A stretch of DNA of 59,814 nucleotides, counting the filler. It is 3 parts of 3 records of this genome, joined end to end, with 100 filler letters (N's around TTAATTAATTAA, not from the genome) between each part and the next. Parts side by side here need not be neighbours in the genome. Positions count along the whole stretch, not along the records: positions 1 to 29,207 come from SRR22947725_2138; 2 more parts are not named here. The stretch is one strand, 5' to 3'. Under the pieces are notes generated by a model. The model was not told where the DNA came from. It saw nothing but the letters and a program-made list of their open reading frames with translations, and ran no database searches. The position numbers were made by a program, and so were the translations under genes. Of the stretch, positions 10,769-19,030 are shown piece after piece (the first letter of the stretch is position 1; each line of letters opens with the position of its first letter).

Positions 10769-12769
10769 TCATACACCTATTACGAAGTCCGATGCCGATA
10801 ACTCAAGAGTATAGGCGTAGTAGTTGTTCCCAGCATCATAACGCACATGAAGTTTTTCAGGGATTATCCTAATACCGCCTTCATTTGCACTAGATAAGTT
10901 AGTTTGCAGAGTCAGCCATATTGCATCTTTGCCCAGTCCGACTAAGAAACCAAACAACGATTCTATCTCGTTTGGAGTTATCTGTTTTAGTTTTCTTTCA
11001 AACCAACTATCAGGGCTGTCATCTGTTTCCAGTCCAGTCATGTTTAGTAGTAAATTATCCATTTTCTTAGATGCGGCTCTAGTGTTGTTAGCAGAACCCT
11101 TGTCTAAAACAGGCACTTCGCCAAATGTCAAAAAGAAATTTCTGGCTACACCTGTTACACCTGTACTCTGTATTAGGCTGTCATATGGTATCTGTATGCC
11201 TCTAAGTAAATCATTAGTTCTGTCAGCATTAGAAACTATACCTATCAAATCTTGAGCCTTATCGCCCGCTGACTTCCTTGACTCTACCGGAGTAGTACTG
11301 GTGCTGTGAAATTCTTGCTCTTGAAAAAGCGCTTTCAAATCCGAACTTATAATACTAGGGTGCAGAATAGGTTCTGGTGGACTATAGACTTGTTCAAAAG
11401 TTAGTATGGTGCCGCTTTGGACTACTCTAAATGCATCAGTTAATTTTAAACTAGCACCAAGGGCGTTACTAGGTGCTGATAAAAATCCGGGCATTAATGA
11501 CCCCGTTATGATTGCATCACCACTTAATTCAAACGCCGCTTTTACTCTGTTAGCCATTTCTAAAGCGGGATTATCTACTGTATGTATATTTTTAATTGGT
11601 ACTTTGATTACAGCATCATTACTCGCTGCATCACGAAAAGAACCTGTTCTTGACTCAAATGCTTTATGTAGTATAGTCGGGGAAGAACTATAACTATTTA
11701 CTATATCAAACTGTAACCTAACACCTATACGGGGTGTAGAAGAGGACATTGTAGAAGAGCCAGCAACCGTAAGATTACTGTCCATAGAACTATCGTGGGT
11801 AACAGCGTTCTGTTTGTAAACCTTGTCAGGGTTAGAAAGCCAAAAACTAGGTATCAACTTTATAGTCTGCCCGGCAAAACGATTTGCTAATATTTGATTA
11901 CTTATGTCTACTTTTAACATTGAATTACCTAGAATAATAGAGTCGTTATTAGCGTAAAGTTTTATTGTGTAAACTGCTTTGTCTCCGTCTGCTATAGCAG
12001 GGTCGTCTATGATGTACTGTATATGTCCTACAAAATCTCCAATGTGATTAAATAACTGCGTGGCTATAGTTACTTGAGCAGTATTAGGTAAAGCGTTAGA
12101 TAAATTTCCGGTACAAGTAATTGTATTTCCAGAAACAGATTGAACAATACCTATCTCCGTTCCGTTTTGCTGTATTAGTTTATCACCTGCTAAAAAAACT
12201 TGCTCCGCTGTAGGTACATTTGAAGCAGAACCAGTATAAGATACGGTGAAAACACTAACGCTAGTAGAAAAAGTACTAGTAGATTCAAAATTCATATTTG
12301 GGTGTATGTTAATTTGGGCTGTACCACTATTGGCAAATTCAATGGAACTTCCGGGTAAAGCCATAGCGACTATGGTGTCAGTTTGCCCTTTACTATGTGC
12401 ATTTACAGATGAATATTGGTGCATACCAAAATGCCTTATTTGCGTAGTAAACGAAGCGTGTCTACTACCAAGTCTTGGTGACCTGCGGCTATTGGTAGGA
12501 AGAAACGCACCAAAATTAATTGCGCTTCTCATAGGTTCTGCCTCAAATATACCATCAGAATTAGCACTTACACCTTCGTCGTCAACGAATATACCGTTAA
12601 CTTCTATCTTTATCTGAGGCGTGTTAGTATCTATTGCGAAACGCTTGAGCATGTTATCGGGTGTAGGGAAAGCACTGGCTTTCCTGTCTACAGACATATC
12701 TATGCTTTGGGCTACCAAATCAATCTGGTCTTTACCGTTAGCAAGTAATAATCTGATTGGTATCGCCAT
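10769..12769 (-). CDS. Distal-tail (Dit/tube-initiator)-like structural protein with inserted beta domains, paralog 2
   Basis: 666 aa; GAGGTGA RBS; shares N- and C-terminal blocks with the adjacent 844-aa gene; lies after the tape-measure locus. Confidence 0.55.
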   Translation of the reverse strand: MAIPIRLLLANGKDQIDLVAQSIDMSVDRKASAFPTPDNMLKRFAIDTNTPQIKIEVNGIFVDDEGVSANSDGIFEAEPMRSAINFGAFLPTNSRRSPRLGSRHASFTTQIRHFGMHQYSSVNAHSKGQTDTIVAMALPGSSIEFANSGTAQINIHPNMNFESTSTFSTSVSVFTVSYTGSASNVPTAEQVFLAGDKLIQQNGTEIGIVQSVSGNTITCTGNLSNALPNTAQVTIATQLFNHIGDFVGHIQYIIDDPAIADGDKAVYTIKLYANNDSIILGNSMLKVDISNQILANRFAGQTIKLIPSFWLSNPDKVYKQNAVTHDSSMDSNLTVAGSSTMSSSTPRIGVRLQFDIVNSYSSSPTILHKAFESRTGSFRDAASNDAVIKVPIKNIHTVDNPALEMANRVKAAFELSGDAIITGSLMPGFLSAPSNALGASLKLTDAFRVVQSGTILTFEQVYSPPEPILHPSIISSDLKALFQEQEFHSTSTTPVESRKSAGDKAQDLIGIVSNADRTNDLLRGIQIPYDSLIQSTGVTGVARNFFLTFGEVPVLDKGSANNTRAASKKMDNLLLNMTGLETDDSPDSWFERKLKQITPNEIESLFGFLVGLGKDAIWLTLQTNLSSANEGGIRIIPEKLHVRYDAGNNYYAYTLELSASDFVIGV

Positions 12770-12778
12770 ATTTTCACC

Positions 12779-15313
12779 TCACATTATTATATCTGCTGCT
12801 ATGAACTTAAGACTGAATTCATACGCTTTCATTTCTGCTTCTCTATGAGTAACAAAGTCTGTTACTATACCGCTTATGCCATTTTTAAAATGACCTTCTG
12901 CTGTATTCGAAAACAAACGAGAAGCGTGTATGTTGTTAACAGAAGACAACTTATCACTAGTGTTACCTTCTGTGGTTAAGAAAAAGTTTCTTTGGGCAAC
13001 CTCGGTATCTAAGTTAGACTTACCTTTGGTAGCCAAAGAGTTGTAGGGTATCTGTATACCCCTTATGTAGTCACCCTGTGCATCTGGGCTGTTGTAAAAA
13101 GTATCTTGGACAAAACCACTCGCTACATCTATGACCTTAGCAATTCTGTTACTTGGTACGAAGTTAAGGAAGTTATTGCTGTTAGATAATATACCAATCA
13201 AATCCTGCGCTTTGTCTCCACCGCTCTTTACTCGCTTACCTGATTTACCCCCAGTAAACCCATCTATGATAGGTGCTTGCCCGACACCCAAATTAGTATT
13301 TATTTTGTCAGATAGTTTACCCAAAGATGTAGCGTGACTTTGGGTAATGGTTAATCTTGAATTGTGACCGCTAGAAGATTGCGATATTGCTGTGGTAAAC
13401 GCTTTGTCCAGCGTTAGATTACCTGCTGTATTAACTTGCTTACCTAGAGTAATGTAATTACTAGTTATCGCTTTGGAAAATAAATAAGTGATGTATTCGT
13501 CTGTTCTTGTCAGACTACCGCCGCTATCTCTAGTAGAGCCGTTTTGATGGGAAGGAAATTCAGGGCCGACTGCTTTTTCTGGAAGAGCCGACTCTTCAAA
13601 GGTATCAGCATTCTTAACTGGTATAATCAAAACTGGAGATAAATCGTTGCCGTTTAAACCGGAAGCATCTCCGTAATCAAAAGGCTCTATCCAAACTTGG
13701 TCTCCAGTAGCGTGAGTTGCACCGCCTTGCGACAAGTTAACTGTTATTTGACTAGAGGTAACAGCAGTAACTGTGCCAAAGTATTCTTGCGAACCGCTAG
13801 TTTTACGGTAACTTGCAGCACTATCGTTTTCTTTGAATACTATCCTCATGTTTCGGTTGTTTTCTGTAAGTTCAAACCACTCTCTTGGGTCTCCACCGGT
13901 AACAGGTAAAACAGCAGCACCTGATGATATAGAGTCCAATACCATGTTAGTCTTTCTTCTTTGATTTAAGAAACCATGCGGCTCCTTAACAGAACCAACT
14001 AATTCTTTGTCAAACCCTACTCTTAGGTGCTTATGGTCGTAGGAATATTGCGCTAAACCTTCGTATTTACCTTCTAACAAATGCAGCCCATATTTCCTAG
14101 CAAGATAACCTTCTATCTGATTTCTCTCGTCTGTAGTAACTGCTTTGTTGTAAATTAAAATCTCTTGTACAGCGCCATCTAAACTAGTGCTGGTATCGTG
14201 ACCTATGTACAGAGTACCACTAGTAGCAGGGGTGTAATCTACACCTGATGTTTTACTACCTACTTCTTCTCCACGAGAATATATCTTAACAGTATCTGCT
14301 TGGGCGTTACCGGTAGTGTCATCCATAGTGTAGCATATTAGTTGAGTGCTGTAACTTCTACTACTACCAGTACTAGACGCTTGTGTATCAGCAGAGCCAG
14401 ATTCATCCCAACCTGCTACTACTCTTGTATTACCTTGGTCAAAGGATAAAGAATAACCATTACTAGCAGTTTTCAAAATAGGCCGAACACCTGTTGAAAA
14501 GTTTCTAGCAATGACGAATATCGAAAACTCCTCGGAGTTGAGGAAAGCCGTGTAAGGTATATCTAGCCTATCAGTGCTGTTAAATACAACTTCTGCTAAT
14601 CCTCCGGTAGATGCAATTCTATGAAACGGTCTTAGTCCGGCAGTAGACTGAGTAGCGTGTCTGCCGTTACCGCTTGCATCATTCCATGTTTCGACAGTTG
14701 TATTTTCGTTACCAACTATATTTTCAGGCTTTAGCCATAACTGTAAACCAGTCTTCACAGGATTGTCCAGAGCAGTTGCTTCTTCTACCCAGTAAGCCAA
14801 AGGTAAATCTATGTACCTTTTACTCCAATGTTGTAATATACGATTCCCTAAATCTCCAGAAGATGTAGGGTGGCCACCTAGACCTCCACCAAAGCCTCCG
14901 CCAAATCCACCAGAAAAGCCGCCTCCGCTACCTAAACCAGTGCTACCTATAGCAGATACTCCCATGGCACCTTGAGTGTTAAACGCAGATGGCATCAGAC
15001 CGCCTGTCATACCTCCACCACCACCACTGTCAGGTCTAGGTGTAAACAGTTGTTGAGGCTGATAAAAGTCAATCAAGGCAGTTGCACTACTGGTTTCCTC
15101 TTGACCTACATCATCCGCTAGCACTCCTTGCACTTCTACTGCGACTGCGGCTTGGTTCAAATCTATACCTAACTTTTTAGCATCGAAGAAAGGAATTCCA
15201 AAATTACTGATTTGTCTTTCTACTACTATGTCTATACTTGTAGCATCCAGAGAGATAGTTTCACCGTTCTCTTGAACTAAGCGAACAGGCATTTTCTCTC
15301 CGGCGTCTACCAA
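12779..15313 (-). CDS. Distal-tail (Dit)-like structural protein with Gly-rich linker and LamG/ConA-like domain, paralog 1
   Basis: 844 aa; LQLWLKPE...WNDASGNGRHATQ...FSIFVIAR...LYIG...VQEILIYNKAV...IEGYLARKYGL is a LamG-type signature; immediately follows the TMP-like gene. Confidence 0.6.
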   Translation of the reverse strand: MVDAGEKMPVRLVQENGETISLDATSIDIVVERQISNFGIPFFDAKKLGIDLNQAAVAVEVQGVLADDVGQEETSSATALIDFYQPQQLFTPRPDSGGGGGMTGGLMPSAFNTQGAMGVSAIGSTGLGSGGGFSGGFGGGFGGGLGGHPTSSGDLGNRILQHWSKRYIDLPLAYWVEEATALDNPVKTGLQLWLKPENIVGNENTTVETWNDASGNGRHATQSTAGLRPFHRIASTGGLAEVVFNSTDRLDIPYTAFLNSEEFSIFVIARNFSTGVRPILKTASNGYSLSFDQGNTRVVAGWDESGSADTQASSTGSSRSYSTQLICYTMDDTTGNAQADTVKIYSRGEEVGSKTSGVDYTPATSGTLYIGHDTSTSLDGAVQEILIYNKAVTTDERNQIEGYLARKYGLHLLEGKYEGLAQYSYDHKHLRVGFDKELVGSVKEPHGFLNQRRKTNMVLDSISSGAAVLPVTGGDPREWFELTENNRNMRIVFKENDSAASYRKTSGSQEYFGTVTAVTSSQITVNLSQGGATHATGDQVWIEPFDYGDASGLNGNDLSPVLIIPVKNADTFEESALPEKAVGPEFPSHQNGSTRDSGGSLTRTDEYITYLFSKAITSNYITLGKQVNTAGNLTLDKAFTTAISQSSSGHNSRLTITQSHATSLGKLSDKINTNLGVGQAPIIDGFTGGKSGKRVKSGGDKAQDLIGILSNSNNFLNFVPSNRIAKVIDVASGFVQDTFYNSPDAQGDYIRGIQIPYNSLATKGKSNLDTEVAQRNFFLTTEGNTSDKLSSVNNIHASRLFSNTAEGHFKNGISGIVTDFVTHREAEMKAYEFSLKFIAADIIM

Positions 15314-15315
15314 GG

Positions 15316-15726
15316 TTAACCACTCCTACTAAAGCCGCTCTGTGCCAAAGAGCCACCAATCTTAGACTTCAACTCTTTAGTGACCATTGCGCTTATTTCT
15401 TTAGCCAATGTTCGCTTATCTGTTTTGTCTGTAACTCCACTAACATCTATTTTCAGATTAACCGTAACATTAGTTTCTTGATTAACGCCCCCACCAGATA
15501 CTGGTGCTATACTTTCACCTGTACTTTGTTGCATAGGCTGTGTCCTACTCATGTCTTTAAGAGACTTAGTAAGGTCAACTGTATTTGATTTAGTCATAGC
15601 CATTGACTTGGTAAACTTGTCCATTTGTTGCTGTAAAGCCTGCATATTTTCTTTAGCCGTTTTGCTATATTCACTAAAGTTTTTCATGGACTCTACGGTC
15701 CTTGGGTCTATGTTATCGTCTACCAC
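15316..15726 (-). CDS. Very short tape-measure-like protein
   Basis: 136 aa in the TMP slot; helical/coiled-coil N-half; C-terminal NVTVNLKIDVSG...LAKEISAMVTKELK resembles TMP C-termini; GGAGG RBS before GTG. Confidence 0.55.
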   Translation of the reverse strand: MVDDNIDPRTVESMKNFSEYSKTAKENMQALQQQMDKFTKSMAMTKSNTVDLTKSLKDMSRTQPMQQSTGESIAPVSGGGVNQETNVTVNLKIDVSGVTDKTDKRTLAKEISAMVTKELKSKIGGSLAQSGFSRSG

Positions 15727-15995
15727 TCGTCTTCCTCCAGTCTAGCCACTAAGTCGTAGCCCAGATAAACTGCGCCTTCGGCAGCCTGTTCTTCACCCTG
15801 CATAGCCTGAGCCCAGTAGAGAAGTTGCTTAGCGTCATTTATATTCATTTCCCTTACATCCTTAAGTGTCATACTGTAGTGTGTCATTAGTAAATATTCC
15901 ATTGCTTGTTTCTGATAGCGAAGCCGGTCACTCACAGGTCTCCCGTTAATGAAGTACTTGATTTGTCCAACTTCGCTGGCCGAAAAACTAGCCAT
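15720..15995 (-). CDS. Tail assembly chaperone -1-frame extension (gpT-like)
   Basis: Overlaps the upstream chaperone in the -1 frame; YLLMTHYSMTLKDVREMNINDAKQLL resembles gpT-type segments. Confidence 0.6.
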   Translation of the reverse strand: MASFSASEVGQIKYFINGRPVSDRLRYQKQAMEYLLMTHYSMTLKDVREMNINDAKQLLYWAQAMQGEEQAAEGAVYLGYDLVARLEEDEW

Positions 15996-16267
15996 TCCAT
16001 AACCTGACTAGGGTCTGGTAAAAGTTTAGTAAGTTTCTGACCATCTTTTGGAGATAGGTTCGCTATATCAATTTCTATAGAACGACCATCTGGGTCGGTA
16101 TAACTAAGCCAATGGCTAAAAGCATGTCGCCAGTAGTTTGAAAAATCTAGGCTACCGTGAGTCATTAGCGGTGCGATTTCTTGCACATGATAAAATGTTA
16201 ATCGCCGCTTGCTAACTTCTACTGGTTTACCGTTTATTGTTATTTTACTCTTGTTCTCCTGTGACAT
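15932..16267 (-). CDS. Tail assembly chaperone (gpG-like)
   Basis: 111 aa between tail tube and TMP slot; KITINGKPVEV..RLTF start; T-run near the 3' end. Confidence 0.6.
   Translation of the reverse strand: MSQENKSKITINGKPVEVSKRRLTFYHVQEIAPLMTHGSLDFSNYWRHAFSHWLSYTDPDGRSIEIDIANLSPKDGQKLTKLLPDPSQVMEWLVFRPAKLDKSSTSLTGDL
15982..15988 (-). promoter_or_regulatory. Putative -1 ribosomal frameshift site (GTT TTT C)
   Basis: CTA GTT TTT CGG in frame 0 versus AGT TTT TCG in the -1 frame, at the start of the overlap of the two chaperone ORFs. Confidence 0.55.
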
Positions 16268-16475
16268 ACTTACTCACTTCCTCGTCGGATAGTGCCTCTT
16301 GTGAGGGGCTATCCTCCAGTTTCAGGTGAGCGAATGGGTCATCACTGGCTCGCCCTGCTTCTGGGTCGAAGAGGTATTCTCCACCCTCTTCTTCTTCTTC
16401 TCTTTCCTGCTCAATTTTAGGATATACCGTTAGTTTGGCAAAGGGGTTGAGCGAAAATCTCTTCCTCATTGGCAT
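16245..16475 (-). CDS. Small acidic hypothetical protein
   Basis: 76 aa; GAGGAG RBS; basic N-terminus and poly-Glu tract; fills the gap between tube and chaperone genes. Confidence 0.7.
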   Translation of the reverse strand: MPMRKRFSLNPFAKLTVYPKIEQEREEEEEGGEYLFDPEAGRASDDPFAHLKLEDSPSQEALSDEEVSKYVTGEQE

Positions 16476-16484
16476 AGTATCTCC

Positions 16485-18560
16485 TCAGCAGTGGTAAATG
16501 GTATCTTCACTAATTACTTTAACATTCTGTGGTTTGAGTTTCAAAGTGGTAAATAATAACCCTTTGTCGTCAGGTACAGGTATTGCTAAATCAGTGATTA
16601 TGTAATCGTCAATAATGACTCTAAGGCTAGGGGTGGTATCGCTACCAGTAGTTACAGGTTTGGTAAAGTGCAACATTATTGTACCACCAGTAGAGCCAAC
16701 CGTACCGCCTCTTTGAGTGTGAGTTCTTAGTTCATGATAAAGTGCAGCGTCTTGTAAGGCCAGAGTAATTTCCATTTCGAATTGCTCTCGACCTTCTCTG
16801 ATAATAGATGCATTACGAGTGCCTCCGTAAGGAACTTGCTTAGTGCTCAGACCGTTGGCGTTTACAGTCTCTGGTATAGGGTTACTTTGGATTGTATGGA
16901 ATACTTCTACGCCAGTTTTCCCTCTAAGTTCAAAAGCACTAACAAAGCCTAGATTTTGGTCAAAGGCTGATATAGTACCGTTGTAAAACATAAACGGCTT
17001 TTCTGAGCCTTTGGCAATCCCTGACTCTTTTTTATTCTTTAGAGTATCAGCAGTATTTTGGAACATTCTGTGAGCGGTATACCTGTCGCCTGTGTTACTT
17101 GATTCTAGTCTACCTGTATCTGTATAACAGGACAGTGCGTCGAATATAGCACGATACTTTAGTTCTGCGTCGGTTGTACTGGACAATTCGTACTCAACAA
17201 TCTTACACCCTTTGAATACCCTAGTCAATTGCTTAGTATCACCGGCGGCACCCGGAGCAATGGTAGTTTCGTTGGTAGCGTTAAATGAACCTAAATCTCT
17301 AGTCCTTACACTGTGTTCTAAGCAAAAACTAGGAATTGTTTCTCCTGAAAAAATTAATCTACGGACAGGGTTGTCGATTTGACGACTAGACTGTACATGC
17401 GGGCTACCGTCAGCATTATTATCACGGTAATGTCTTAATTCAAGAGTATCGGCAGTAGTGTGTTCAAACTGCCAACTTCCGTCTACATACAATCGGAATT
17501 TACTACTTCCTAAACTTTCTATAGCGCTTATTCTTCTACACTCGCTACTTTCTGCCCATTCAAAGTGATGAGCGTCACTACCTAAATTAGAACTTGACTC
17601 AGACGGCCAGTATTTATCAGTGTCTAGTTCAGGAGTTTTGTAAGTAGTTGTAGGTACTATAGTAGTGTCCTTGACGAGTAAATAGTCACCCACTGTTGCA
17701 TTTGTACTACTACCGAACCTAACATTCGATGCATCGCTACTAGTAACATCAATGTAACCTTGACCGGGCGCTACAGATGCTAATATTGTAGGCACCGGAC
17801 TAGTATTGTGCACACGCTCTCCGCACTTATCTTTACTTACTACTTCTCTACCTAAACTGTAGAATAACCACTTAGGGCTATGAAGTGGCATTTCTATTGC
17901 ACCACCCATGTGATGAACTTTACCTGTCTGCTGAACAGCCACTTGCCTACCCAATCCAACTACATGGTAACTGTGTAAATCTACCTTAGTGTCAGGTAAT
18001 GTCATGTAAGATGCCAAACCTACAAACCCGTCAATCAAACTAACTTCTTTAGACAACTTTGCGGCTGCATTCATCTCAGAATTGGCATCACCCTGCACTG
18101 TAGGTAAACCAGTAGAGTGTACGAGTATAGCGTCTCCTGTACCGCTACTAACTGATGCTTGGAACGGAGACAAGGCGGGGACTATTTTTATCTTAGTAGA
18201 GTTGTTTCCGTCGGTATTAGCAGCAAAAGTATGGTCAACTATAGTGTAAAGTTTACTGTTCAAATCAGTGTAATAGTAAGAAGAAAAGTTATTGGTACCG
18301 ACAGTAGAAGAATGAAATGTAATTTTTTGACCTATTAACATACCGAGCGGTATTTTCAAAATAGGCAGGGCTGCCTCAAATATACTAGTGGCACCAGCCG
18401 CACCAGTTCCTCTAAACTCTATCTCAGTAAAGTCAGGTGAAGAAGTACTAGTAGTAGCAGTCCAAGTCCTAGGCTTACTATGTTCAATGAATAAACTAGT
18501 TTCTTGCCCCATAGTAACTTCTGAGACATCTCCCTTATAGTGAGCACCAAAGCCACTCAT
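16485..18560 (-). CDS. Major tail tube protein with inserted accessory domains
   Basis: 691 aa; tube-like motifs VVGLGRQ...GAIEMPL..PKWLFYSLG, IPSFCLEHS, RVFKGCKIVEYELS, PFMFYNGTI, IREGREQFEMEITL. Confidence 0.75.
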   Translation of the reverse strand: MSGFGAHYKGDVSEVTMGQETSLFIEHSKPRTWTATTSTSSPDFTEIEFRGTGAAGATSIFEAALPILKIPLGMLIGQKITFHSSTVGTNNFSSYYYTDLNSKLYTIVDHTFAANTDGNNSTKIKIVPALSPFQASVSSGTGDAILVHSTGLPTVQGDANSEMNAAAKLSKEVSLIDGFVGLASYMTLPDTKVDLHSYHVVGLGRQVAVQQTGKVHHMGGAIEMPLHSPKWLFYSLGREVVSKDKCGERVHNTSPVPTILASVAPGQGYIDVTSSDASNVRFGSSTNATVGDYLLVKDTTIVPTTTYKTPELDTDKYWPSESSSNLGSDAHHFEWAESSECRRISAIESLGSSKFRLYVDGSWQFEHTTADTLELRHYRDNNADGSPHVQSSRQIDNPVRRLIFSGETIPSFCLEHSVRTRDLGSFNATNETTIAPGAAGDTKQLTRVFKGCKIVEYELSSTTDAELKYRAIFDALSCYTDTGRLESSNTGDRYTAHRMFQNTADTLKNKKESGIAKGSEKPFMFYNGTISAFDQNLGFVSAFELRGKTGVEVFHTIQSNPIPETVNANGLSTKQVPYGGTRNASIIREGREQFEMEITLALQDAALYHELRTHTQRGGTVGSTGGTIMLHFTKPVTTGSDTTPSLRVIIDDYIITDLAIPVPDDKGLLFTTLKLKPQNVKVISEDTIYHC

Positions 18561-19030
18561 GGTATCAACTCCGCTAGTATTACTACCTCTACTTGGAAAG
18601 TGTGCCTAAACAGTTTCTTAGTTCGGTCAGACAAGTCAGTACGGGTCTTGAGTACCATACGGTCAAAATTTTCACCATCACCTTTACGAGTAGTATGTAT
18701 GACCCTCCTCATCTCGTTCTCCATTTTTCTAAGCCTAGACCTACCTCTGGCCGTTCTGATGTCAATAGTTATGTTGTACCTAGTAGTTACAAAGTTGTAA
18801 AGTAAATCAGGAACCCGCTCTTCAAAGGCAGTCTCGTAACATAGGATATAGTCATGGCGCTGTAAATCTAAACGCTTTCCTCTTTCTGGCCCTTCACTTG
18901 CTATGTCTATTATCACAGGTTTGACATTATCGGTGTTGGCTCTGTTCCAACCAGTACCTGCACCTGCGTCGTGGTTAGCCTTGAGTAAATCAATAACTGT
19001 CTCCAGCGGTTCTTTCCATGTAGCGCCCAT
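18557..19030 (-). CDS. Tail terminator/completion-like protein
   Basis: 157 aa directly before the tube gene; YNITIDIRT...EMRRVI...FRHTFQVEV pattern. Confidence 0.6.
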   Translation of the reverse strand: MGATWKEPLETVIDLLKANHDAGAGTGWNRANTDNVKPVIIDIASEGPERGKRLDLQRHDYILCYETAFEERVPDLLYNFVTTRYNITIDIRTARGRSRLRKMENEMRRVIHTTRKGDGENFDRMVLKTRTDLSDRTKKLFRHTFQVEVVILAELIP

